IMG/VR virus record: IMGVR_UViG_3300013114_000098
Direction: 5' to 3' (one strand)
Source of the DNA: a virus
Length of the DNA stretch: 64,000 bases
The notes beneath the pieces were generated by a model. It saw only the letters and a list, made by a program, of their open reading frames with translations, was not told where the DNA came from and searched no databases. Shown here piece after piece: positions 1 to 8,193 of the stretch; the stretch's first letter is position 1, and every line of letters begins with the position of its first letter. A program made the translations under genes and the position numbers.

Positions 1-3000
1 TTTGACTTAGTAAATTAAATACTTCGTCATTTTTACTATTCATTGCGAGATAAGATAACATTGACACTAACTTAGCCATTGCACCCTGTTCACCTGAGTA
101 TTTAATTGGATCTTCATTGTCAGGATGTTCAGGATCATTTGGATCAATGTTAAGCTGAAAATCTTCCTTGTCTTTAATCATATCGTATACACGATTGATA
201 TTAGTTTTAGTTAGATCTGTCATGCTATCTTTCTCTTTTACAATACGGGCTACTGTTTCTAAGACCGCATCCATATTCGCAGTCTTAAATGTATTGTACA
301 TGAACTTGTCAGTTATGTCAACCGCTTCTTTATCATTTTCTTCTACAATCGCAGTAGATTGAGCCTGATAGGCGTTATAACCTCTAGAAGTTTGTAAACG
401 TTTAACTGTACTCTTAAATTCTTTTAATTTCTCTTTAATAGTTTCAACGATATTTTCATTTCCTTCGTTAACTAATTTGTGTGAACGCACATGTCTCAAA
501 AATTGAGTACATTGCGACACTTCTTCAGATAATTTTATAATTGATTCACCAATTGCATCATATGGTGTCCCACCATGGCTTACATGATTGGCCATAGCTC
601 TTGCACCTTGTAAATATTTAAATGGGAATCTAAATCTTTCACCAGCACTATTTTCTACAAATAATGCTTTAATATTTCTACTTCTTGCACCGCGTTTTTC
701 TTCATTTACAGCCGCTGAGTGCCTAATAATAAGTTTAGTTGCCTCAGGTAATTGTATATAACTTGTCTTAATACTTCCTGTTGCACGTGAATACCCTTCC
801 ATAATTATTTTATGGTTTTTATCATTTTTGTCATGAACATCTGCTACAATAGCATCACCAAATCTAGATAAAACTACTATATCACTTGATTCAACTAGAG
901 TTATTTCACTTGGGTCAAACTCTTCATCTTCTTGTTCTTCTGTTGCACCTTGTACAAGATGACCTGGAACATAACCTGCTCTATCAAGCATATCTTGTGG
1001 AGTATAAGTAACACTACCTTCTCTGTTAATAGTATCAACTGCTTCTTGAGCAAAACCCATATAATCTTCTTCTTGTGAGAAGAACCAACTCATAAAGTCT
1101 TTGAAACTTACTTTTAATTCGCCAGCTTCAGTAACTGTTTCTTCACCATAAAGACCACGCCTCTCATCTCTACGACGCTGTAATTCTTCATATTCTGACT
1201 CGTCTTTGTCTTCTTCGTCATCACCATAAAGACCGTGCTTCACATCTCTACGATGCTGTTCTTTTTCATCTTCGTCTTGTTCTGTTTTATTACTTTCAAA
1301 CATTTTTGAGTAATCTGATGAGTATTCTGCAATATTTTCACCTGGGAATAACACGTTAAATAATGCAGGGTCTTTTGATATTGAAACCTGGAAATAATAT
1401 ATCAAACTATCTCTGTCTTGAGTATCCATATAGTCTGGTTGCATCATATCTACAACATCCATATCGCCAGCATCCATCATATCATCTAGATGATTAACAA
1501 ATTCTTCACCTTCATCTGGATAATCTTCTGGATCATAATCAGTATGTTTTATTATTGCCGCTCTAACATTTTTAATGTGTGGTAAAAGTTGAGCGTGTGT
1601 AACATCATCTCTACCAGCTTCAATAATCTTCTGGCGTTCGCCATCTTTGACTGGCCTTATTTCAAAGGCATTTTCTCTCCATTTACCTGAGTCTCTATAT
1701 TTTTGAACAATTTTCTCTGCATCATCATATGTGACCCATCCTTGATGTACTTTAGCACCAGCAATCCAAACACCGTATTGCTTCTCTTCTTCTACTAACT
1801 TAACACCTGCTAATTCTTTTAATCTTCCAACTGCTTCTTTCATATCATATGCTTCCAAGTGTGCTACACCTGATGCCTGCATACCTTGTTCACTCCATTT
1901 AACATCTCTACCGACAATTTTACTAATACCGGCTTCAAATCCTTTATCTGTATAAATTTCCCAAGGACCATTATGTTCAACGTGTACTTCATACCATCCA
2001 TCATCGTGCTGTTCAACTGTAATATCTCCAACTGTTACATGATCTGCTTCCCACATTTCATCTTCAAGCCAAATACTATCACCTGCTAATTCAACATCTT
2101 TATTTACTTTTATTGTTTTATGGCCTTCGCCTGCTTTTGTATTAAATTCTGTTAATTCTTCTTCTGTTGATTCTGAATTAAAAATATTCTTATCACCTAT
2201 TTCGTTATTAGTTTTGCCATCACGTGGAACTTCAGTAGGTTCACCATCTGGAATTTTACTTACGTCAAACTCACCTGCTGGTGAATCATCACCTCGTTGA
2301 CGTTTAAGATCTGGATCTCTTGGATCCATACGTCTAAACGGATGAGGACCTTGCTCTAGAGCAAAGTCAGGATACATTTCAACTGCTTTAGCATAAATGT
2401 CTGGATGATCATTTTTTAGTTTAGTCTTGTGTTCTGTATTTGCTTCATCAGTTAATCCTGCCATACGAGATTCCATATCGCCTGCCCACATTTCAAGTGA
2501 CCATTGTTCTTTATCTTTATCAAGTTGCGGGTGCATACTTGCAAGACCATATTTTGGAACTGGAGCTGAGCCTTCAATATCTGCACCTTGTGGTGGCATT
2601 TCTGCTTCGTTCCATTCATCATATGTAAGTACTTTGCCTGTATCACCGTCTGAATAGTTTCCTTCTCCTGGATTATAATAAATTACACGACCCGAATGAG
2701 TCGCAATAGGACCATACTGCTTTTTATTTGCTGGATATTTTTTTGGATCTGGCTCTGGCAAACTGCGATCCCAATTTACATTTCGTCTGCTTCGATATTC
2801 AGTAAGTTCTTTTTCTTCGGTTTTAATACCTGATAGTTCTTTTAATCTAGTTATTAATTCACCTTCTTCGTTTACTACATCGTGAGCAAAGTCTTTTGGT
2901 TCAATATTTTTATCAAATTTTCTAATGTTATATTCTGCCATTGCATTATGTCCTGCTTTCTTAATACTATCTAATAAATCTTTATGTTCATTAAAGTTAA

Positions 3001-3193
3001 AACTAGCTCCTGCCTGTACAACTAGTTCAGTTAGATCATCCTCTTCTCTTATTGTAACTAAAAAATCCTTATCGTAAGCATAAAATCTAGCTGAACGCTC
3101 AGGATCTAGTGTTTTGTTTCCTGCTGGATCAAACAATTTTAATTTAATGTTTGCTCCTTTGAGAATGTTAAAAATTTCTTGCGATAGTTGCAT
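1..3193 (-). CDS. Large putative head/virion protein, >1064 aa, runs off the window edge (absent from the ORF track)
   Basis: Manual translation from ATG at 3193 (MQLSQEIFNILKGANIKLKLFD...) showed no stop in the segments read, which extend to base 1. It has an AAGGA RBS and a late promoter upstream. The distal part carries LIIRHS..VNEEKRGARSRNIKALFVENSAGERFRFP...ARAMANHVSHGGTPYD, a block I recognise from jumbo T4-like phages. Confidence 0.85.
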   Translation of the reverse strand, partial: MQLSQEIFNILKGANIKLKLFDPAGNKTLDPERSARFYAYDKDFLVTIREEDDLTELVVQAGASFNFNEHKDLLDSIKKAGHNAMAEYNIRKFDKNIEPKDFAHDVVNEEGELITRLKELSGIKTEEKELTEYRSRRNVNWDRSLPEPDPKKYPANKKQYGPIATHSGRVIYYNPGEGNYSDGDTGKVLTYDEWNEAEMPPQGADIEGSAPVPKYGLASMHPQLDKDKEQWSLEMWAGDMESRMAGLTDEANTEHKTKLKNDHPDIYAKAVEMYPDFALEQGPHPFRRMDPRDPDLKRQRGDDSPAGEFDVSKIPDGEPTEVPRDGKTNNEIGDKNIFNSESTEEELTEFNTKAGEGHKTIKVNKDVELAGDSIWLEDEMWEADHVTVGDITVEQHDDGWYEVHVEHNGPWEIYTDKGFEAGISKIVGRDVKWSEQGMQASGVAHLEAYDMKEAVGRLKELAGVKLVEEEKQYGVWIAGAKVHQGWVTYDDAEKIVQKYRDSGKWRENAFEIRPVKDGERQKIIEAGRDDVTHAQLLPHIKNVRAAIIKHTDYDPEDYPDEGEEFVNHLDDMMDAGDMDVVDMMQPDYMDTQDRDSLIYYFQVSISKDPALFNVLFPGENIAEYSSDYSKMFESNKTEQDEDEKEQHRRDVKHGLYGDDEEDKDESEYEELQRRRDERRGLYGEETVTEAGELKVSFKDFMSWFFSQEEDYMGFAQEAVDTINREGSVTYTPQDMLDRAGYVPGHLVQGATEEQEDEEFDPSEITLVESSDIVVLSRFGDAIVADVHDKNDKNHKIIMEGYSRATGSIKTSYIQLPEATKLIIRHSAAVNEEKRGARSRNIKALFVENSAGERFRFPFKYLQGARAMANHVSHGGTPYDAIGESIIKLSEEVSQCTQFLRHVRSHKLVNEGNENIVETIKEKLKEFKSTVKRLQTSRGYNAYQAQSTAIVEENDKEAVDITDKFMYNTFKTANMDAVLETVARIVKEKDSMTDLTKTNINRVYDMIKDKEDFQLNIDPNDPEHPDNEDPIKYSGEQGAMAKLVSMLSYLAMNSKNDEVFNLLSQ

Positions 3194-3210
3194 TATAGTA
3201 TTCCTTTAAT

Positions 3211-3219
3211 GTATTTATC
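3211..3219 (-). promoter_or_regulatory. T4-type late promoter
   Basis: GATAAATAC, 18 nt upstream of ATG 3193. Confidence 0.75.
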
Positions 3220-3234
3220 AAGATGCATTGAAAA

Positions 3235-3450
3235 TTACTTTCTTTTGAAGCCTTTATACCGCTTATGAAACTGCTCTACACGACCTTCAGTATCCATAAT
3301 TCTAGTTTTACCTGTAAAAAACGGATGACATTTTGAACATACATCTAATTTCATTGTTTCTTTATTAAGAGTTGACCGAGTTTCGAACGTAGCACCGCAT
3401 TGGCATACAACAGCAATGGTCTTGTATTGAGGATGGATATTCTTCTGCAC
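3235..3450 (-). CDS. rpmE: 50S ribosomal protein bL31, Zn-binding (C+) type
   Basis: 71 aa with MQKNIHPQY...CQC...TRST...LDVCSKCHPFFTGK.RIMDTEGRVEQF.KRY; GTG start with GGAG RBS. Confidence 0.96.
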   Translation of the reverse strand: MQKNIHPQYKTIAVVCQCGATFETRSTLNKETMKLDVCSKCHPFFTGKTRIMDTEGRVEQFHKRYKGFKRK

Positions 3451-3471
3451 TCATCTTGTCTCCGATATACA

Positions 3472-3480
3472 CTATTTATT
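3472..3480 (-). promoter_or_regulatory. Late promoter for rpmE
   Basis: AATAAATAG overlapping the terminase stop codon. Confidence 0.7.
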
Positions 3481-5035
3481 ATAATAAACTAAAAGGCATT
3501 GGTTCCATGCCATCGGAATCTTCAAAATCATCATTTAAATAATCAAATGCTTCTTCTTCATATTTAGATACTTCCATACTCATACGTACAATTAAATTAA
3601 CTGCCATTACAAGGTCATCTGTTTCACCAGATTTTGCAGAATAACTATTACCTTTTGCTATAAATGTTTTTAATTCTCTTAATAATGGTTTACTTGCTAC
3701 TTCTAATTTTTCTGTTTCTACCCAATGTTTTAACTTTGCACAAGCAGATATTTTGGCTTTGTGTGTAGTAGTAAACCCTCTTCTATAGCGTTTAGCATTA
3801 CCATGTTGCCTTGTTTCAGTTAAAAATGTTCCTGGAAAATTTTCTTCGCCTTGTTCTTCTACAACAACTAATGCGGCTTCACCTAAGGTATTGTTCTCTA
3901 CACTGTAGTAAATTTCACAATCACCGTTAGATTCAGTATCAATATGTTGTGCTATTTCTCGCAAAATTTTTATCTGTCCTTGTACAGTTGTTCTATTGTG
4001 CATCCATTCTGCTATTTGTTTCATACCTGGCATACTATATACTTGTATAGCACTATTATCTCCACCTGTACCTAAACTAGGATCAAGTCCTATCATATAC
4101 AATTTACCTTTAGCAACTGGCGAATACCAGCGTACCTGTCCAGATATAGCGTATGGATCACGTGCTTTCATATTAGCAAGTTTAATACTATCAATTAATG
4201 TTTCATCATACGCAATAAATTCACATTTATGTTCACGTCTAAATCTTTCTTCACCTATTTTACCATATTCAAGATCTGCCCATTCTTGATCTCTTTCTGG
4301 ATGTCTTTCCCATGTAGCTAGATAATGTGCAAATCCATTTACGCCAGTATCTGTTTCAATACCATATTCATCAATGTTTTTATTCGCATCTCGCCAAATT
4401 TGTGCAAACTGATCATCATCCATATTAGGTGTGCTTGTAATAATACATTTACCACCTGTTGCTAATGTGGGAGACAGTGAAGTCCAAAATTCTTTTGCTA
4501 CATTTGGACGGACAAATGCAAACTCGTCTAAATATGCTAATGAGATACTTAAACCTCTTCCTGTATTTTCTGTTGTACTTTGTGCAATAATACGTGAACC
4601 ATTATCAAACTCTAAACTACCTTTGTTGTATGCTGTTACACCAGCACGTATATAATCTGGTAATGTTTCGTATGAGAATCGTACACGTTGCATAATTTCT
4701 GATGCACCTGCATATTTGTGTGCCGCTACTAATATAGTTTGATCTGGATTAAACATTGCATACCATAGCAAATATCCTGCCGCACAAGTTGACTTACCCA
4801 TTTGTCGTGCCAGCATATTAATACTGTATCTATTGTTGTGATATACGTCAACTAATTCGTCTTGAAAGTCATATAAATCAAATCTTAACCTGCCTTTTAC
4901 AGGATGTTGAATATAACAATGCTTACTCATAAAGTATTTGGGATCATCTGCACATCTAGCAAGTTCTAAAAGTTGCTCTTCTGTGTACTTTTCTCTTCTA
5001 TACGGAGTTTTTGTTAATTTAGTATCTACTGACAT
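3479..5035 (-). CDS. gp17: Terminase large subunit
   Basis: ARQMGKST Walker A, YLDEFAF Walker B, ITSTPN, GLDPSLGTGGD nuclease motif, DDLVMA. Start placed at MSVDTK (TAATG overlap with the upstream stop). Confidence 0.96.
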   Translation of the reverse strand: MSVDTKLTKTPYRREKYTEEQLLELARCADDPKYFMSKHCYIQHPVKGRLRFDLYDFQDELVDVYHNNRYSINMLARQMGKSTCAAGYLLWYAMFNPDQTILVAAHKYAGASEIMQRVRFSYETLPDYIRAGVTAYNKGSLEFDNGSRIIAQSTTENTGRGLSISLAYLDEFAFVRPNVAKEFWTSLSPTLATGGKCIITSTPNMDDDQFAQIWRDANKNIDEYGIETDTGVNGFAHYLATWERHPERDQEWADLEYGKIGEERFRREHKCEFIAYDETLIDSIKLANMKARDPYAISGQVRWYSPVAKGKLYMIGLDPSLGTGGDNSAIQVYSMPGMKQIAEWMHNRTTVQGQIKILREIAQHIDTESNGDCEIYYSVENNTLGEAALVVVEEQGEENFPGTFLTETRQHGNAKRYRRGFTTTHKAKISACAKLKHWVETEKLEVASKPLLRELKTFIAKGNSYSAKSGETDDLVMAVNLIVRMSMEVSKYEEEAFDYLNDDFEDSDGMEPMPFSLL

Positions 5036-5730
5036 TAATATCTCCCAAACGCCCATTCACGTTCTTTACACCACCAACATTTTTTACAATGTGTAACCAT
5101 TTTATCAGGTTGATCTGTATTTTCTTCAGCATGTTGTTCACAACTTCTTGTATATGGAAATAATTCTTCTATCATATTAAAATGCTCATATAAATGTGCT
5201 ACCATACGTTTATCAACTGCCATAAGTGGCGTCCAACGTGTAATTCCTGGTACATATTCCTTTAATATAAGTCTACCATGTCCTGGATCACGTGGTTTAT
5301 GTCTATTATTTATAGTATCAAACTTAACATCTAACGGAGGATTTTGTGTAGTACCATGTAATGTAAAGGTTATACCATGCAAATCTTGTTGCATTTTTTC
5401 TGTATCATCAAGTTCTGATCTAATTTGATCGGTACTATAAAATGTATAATGACTTTTAATTAGTTTTGTTCCTGTGAGCTGGAGTACTCTATTAAGTACT
5501 CTAGTACTCCAGTTAGCGTTATACCACCCCTTAATAGGGTTAGCAGACGTTATAACATGCAGTTCTGCCTCTGGTATATATTGCTCACAGTATTGGATTA
5601 GCATCAATAATAATATGGCACTATCTGCACCACCTGAGATGTTAATACAAATCTTGTTATGAGGCTTTGGTACTGTAAATTCTATATTCTGACCGAAATT
5701 ATCCGTATATGTTTCAATAGGCCTTTTCAT
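5035..5730 (-). CDS. QueC-like PP-loop ATP pyrophosphatase
   Basis: SGGADS PP-loop; TRSC...HCKKCWWCKER Zn motif. Confidence 0.75.
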   Translation of the reverse strand: MKRPIETYTDNFGQNIEFTVPKPHNKICINISGGADSAILLLMLIQYCEQYIPEAELHVITSANPIKGWYNANWSTRVLNRVLQLTGTKLIKSHYTFYSTDQIRSELDDTEKMQQDLHGITFTLHGTTQNPPLDVKFDTINNRHKPRDPGHGRLILKEYVPGITRWTPLMAVDKRMVAHLYEHFNMIEELFPYTRSCEQHAEENTDQPDKMVTHCKKCWWCKEREWAFGRY

Positions 5731-5735
5731 ATTAC

Positions 5736-5743
5736 TATTTATA
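5736..5743 (-). promoter_or_regulatory. Late promoter TATAAATA, likely leaderless transcript
   Basis: Exact T4 consensus, 5 nt before ATG 5730, no RBS. Confidence 0.75.
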
Positions 5744-5747
5744 AAGA

Positions 5748-5780
5748 AAAACGGCGTAGTTAATTAAAACCACACCGTTT
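5748..5780 (-). terminator. Putative intrinsic terminator
   Basis: Imperfect inverted repeat aaacggcgtagtt...aaccacaccgttt with a T-run on the minus strand. Confidence 0.45.
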
Positions 5781-5809
5781 AATTTTCACCTGGGAGGAAA
5801 CGTGAACTT

Positions 5810-6691
5810 TTATTTTTCTTTTGACTTTTTGTATGCTTCTCTAATTTCTTCAACTGTATGTTCTTTTAAGCCTACTTTGAAATTTTCTGCATCTAAATAC
5901 TTCTTCAAACTTAGGTTAACGCTTTGTGCAAAATTTTCGTATGGTTCACCATGTGATGTAGCTTCATCTTCAGCCGCACCTTCTGGTGTATTTGCCCATT
6001 CATTTAATTTTGTTTGAATTAATTCTTCGCTTAAACCTGCATTTCTAAGTAATGTAATTAATTGAGTTGTGTCCATTGTTGGAGCCTCCTCTATTTTTTC
6101 TTCTGTAACTGCATTGCATCCACAACTGCATTCTGGACCACAATTACAATCTGAACCATGCCCACATGAACAGTCTTCAGTTATAGTTTCTTCTTTCATT
6201 GCTTTTTTAATTGCTTTGTCTTTAGCTGCCATGTAATCATCTGAATCAATATCACCGTCTTTATCGTGATCTTTTTTCTTACCTTCTTCTACTGGCTCTT
6301 CTGCTACCATGTCTACAGGAGTTTTATTTGTTATTTTTTTCTTTTTACTTAACTGTTCTGTTTTAATTTCTTCTTCTGCTGGTGCTTCTTCTGCTGGTGC
6401 TTCTACACTCTCTTCAGCATGTCCGCCTTCTGGCATATCGTGGTTTCTACGGAAATTTTCAACAAATTCTGTTATATCTTGTCCGCTCATCCAACGTGCC
6501 ATTTCATCAACTAAAATATTATCTTCAAGACCTAATTCGTCTTGTAAATCATATAATGGTTGAGAAAATTCACCAACTGCTTCTTTTGTTACTGGTACTT
6601 CTTTTAATTCTCTTTCTGCTGGAACTTGGCTTTGAGCATCATTGTCTATGCCGTGTCTAGCAAGGGTTAATATTCTGTCTAAATCACTCAT
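5810..6691 (-). CDS. Acidic putative internal head protein with a DxDxDG motif and a Cys-rich segment
   Basis: E-rich; many (I/L/V)xE sites; DHDKDGDIDSDD; CSCGHGSDCNCGPECSCGC. Confidence 0.6.
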   Translation of the reverse strand: MSDLDRILTLARHGIDNDAQSQVPAERELKEVPVTKEAVGEFSQPLYDLQDELGLEDNILVDEMARWMSGQDITEFVENFRRNHDMPEGGHAEESVEAPAEEAPAEEEIKTEQLSKKKKITNKTPVDMVAEEPVEEGKKKDHDKDGDIDSDDYMAAKDKAIKKAMKEETITEDCSCGHGSDCNCGPECSCGCNAVTEEKIEEAPTMDTTQLITLLRNAGLSEELIQTKLNEWANTPEGAAEDEATSHGEPYENFAQSVNLSLKKYLDAENFKVGLKEHTVEEIREAYKKSKEK

Positions 6692-7184
6692 TGCCTTTTT
6701 CCTTTTCTTTTTCTTTCTTAATTTTCATTAATTCTTTAATGAAACTGTTATTATATTCGTCACCGTAATGATCTTCTGCTTTAACTTTTTCAGCATCTTT
6801 ATACTCACCATCAGCTAAAACGCTTTTTACATCTTCACTTTGTGGTGGAATATTTTCATTTGGTTCGTGAGCGCCGTGTACTTTAAGTACGCCATCTGTT
6901 AATCCAAGCATATTACGGATATCATTTTGTATTTGCCAACCGCTGGCAATTCTATCCGTTTCAAATTCATGTGTATAAACTTCATATCCTTTGTGATTTG
7001 GGAAATCACGTGGAGCACTTTGTAAAATTGTTTTCTTGGCAGCACCGAGTCCTTTTGAGTCGTATTTACCGAGGTGCTTCTCAATGCGATCACATTGTTC
7101 ATCAGTTAAATCGTGTATTGTTTTAATACTAAATTTCCACGACTTATTCGATTCTTTTAAATATTCTGAAAATAGTTTTTTCAT
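6684..7184 (-). CDS. Hypothetical head-associated protein
   Basis: N-terminus MKKLFSEYLKES resembles T4 capsid-targeting leaders; late promoter at 7206-7214. Confidence 0.6.
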   Translation of the reverse strand: MKKLFSEYLKESNKSWKFSIKTIHDLTDEQCDRIEKHLGKYDSKGLGAAKKTILQSAPRDFPNHKGYEVYTHEFETDRIASGWQIQNDIRNMLGLTDGVLKVHGAHEPNENIPPQSEDVKSVLADGEYKDAEKVKAEDHYGDEYNNSFIKELMKIKKEKEKEKGNE

Positions 7185-7205
7185 TGCGGTTCTCTCCTAT
7201 TAATA

Positions 7206-7748
7206 CTATTTATCTTTTTCGTCTAAATTTTTCATAATTTCTGCTAACATAGCAGTTCTATCGCCTACAATATGTCCTTCTGTGTCTACTTCATCACCAA
7301 TTTCATGTTTTTTGCCGGCTACATACGCATCAATCTTCTGACTATCCTTTTCAAGTCTAGCTTGACGCATTTGTAATTCAATCATTTTCATCTTTTTATC
7401 CATTTTAGCCTGCTTTGCTTGTAAAGCTGCCGCTATCATTTTTGCCGCACTATCAAATATAGGTGCCGCATGTCGATCTTCTACATTTTTACCCAAATCA
7501 ACTAAATCTTCAAATGTATCCATGGCTTTATTAGCATATGCATCCATTTCTCTATCAAGCTCTGCTAATCCTTCAACTGTTGGTAAAGCCGCTTGAGCTC
7601 TATCTACCATACTCATTTCTTTTTCTATAGTAGCAATTTCCTGTTTTGCTTCTTCAGTTGTGGGTTCTTTTGATTTTTCTTCTTCCTGTTCAGGAAGTAA
7701 TTCTTCTAAATCAGGTAAATTTAATTCTTCTTCTAATTTTTTTGTCAT
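7206..7748 (-). CDS. Putative terminase small subunit
   Basis: 180-aa helical protein near TerL and gp4, with a gp16-like layout (inference). Confidence 0.5.
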   Translation of the reverse strand: MTKKLEEELNLPDLEELLPEQEEEKSKEPTTEEAKQEIATIEKEMSMVDRAQAALPTVEGLAELDREMDAYANKAMDTFEDLVDLGKNVEDRHAAPIFDSAAKMIAAALQAKQAKMDKKMKMIELQMRQARLEKDSQKIDAYVAGKKHEIGDEVDTEGHIVGDRTAMLAEIMKNLDEKDK

Positions 7749-8191
7749 TTTCTTTTCTTTTTAGAGTTTTGAGGTTTATTGAATATTTGTTTTTCAGTTA
7801 TAACCCTAAAACTCATGCCTTGTTGTTTACACCATGCATTTGCCGCTGCCCATTTAGCATGATTAACTACTGCTGACGCTTTTTGTTGTTGTGTTCTTGC
7901 TTCATTTAATGTTTGGCTCGCTGGTTTAATCTCAACCATTTCAGCGTGGTTTTGTCCTTTTTTATCCTTATACACTAATAATAAATCAGGAACATAAGTA
8001 GTTTTCCTTCCAGTAAGTGGATTTTTATAAGGTATTCTATGTGTTTCACTACCCCAACCTAATATAGCTGGATGATTATCACACATACGAAATACGGCTA
8101 ATTCCCACCCACTTCTGTAATGTGGTATTCTTTTACCTAAGTATTTATCAGGGTTAGTAAGGGTGTATTTTCCGCTTTGAAATTTAGGCAT
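7745..8191 (-). CDS. gp4: Head completion nuclease (TnsA-like PD-(D/E)xK)
   Basis: YRSGWE, WGSE..IPY, YVPD, VEIKP, N.AKW.AA..WC, FRVITE. Confidence 0.9.
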   Translation of the reverse strand: MPKFQSGKYTLTNPDKYLGKRIPHYRSGWELAVFRMCDNHPAILGWGSETHRIPYKNPLTGRKTTYVPDLLLVYKDKKGQNHAEMVEIKPASQTLNEARTQQQKASAVVNHAKWAAANAWCKQQGMSFRVITEKQIFNKPQNSKKKRK

Positions 8192-8193
8192 TT

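Noticed and set aside
168-2657. Short ORFs listed in the first 3 kb
   Set aside because: They are shadow frames of the long minus-strand ORF <1..3193
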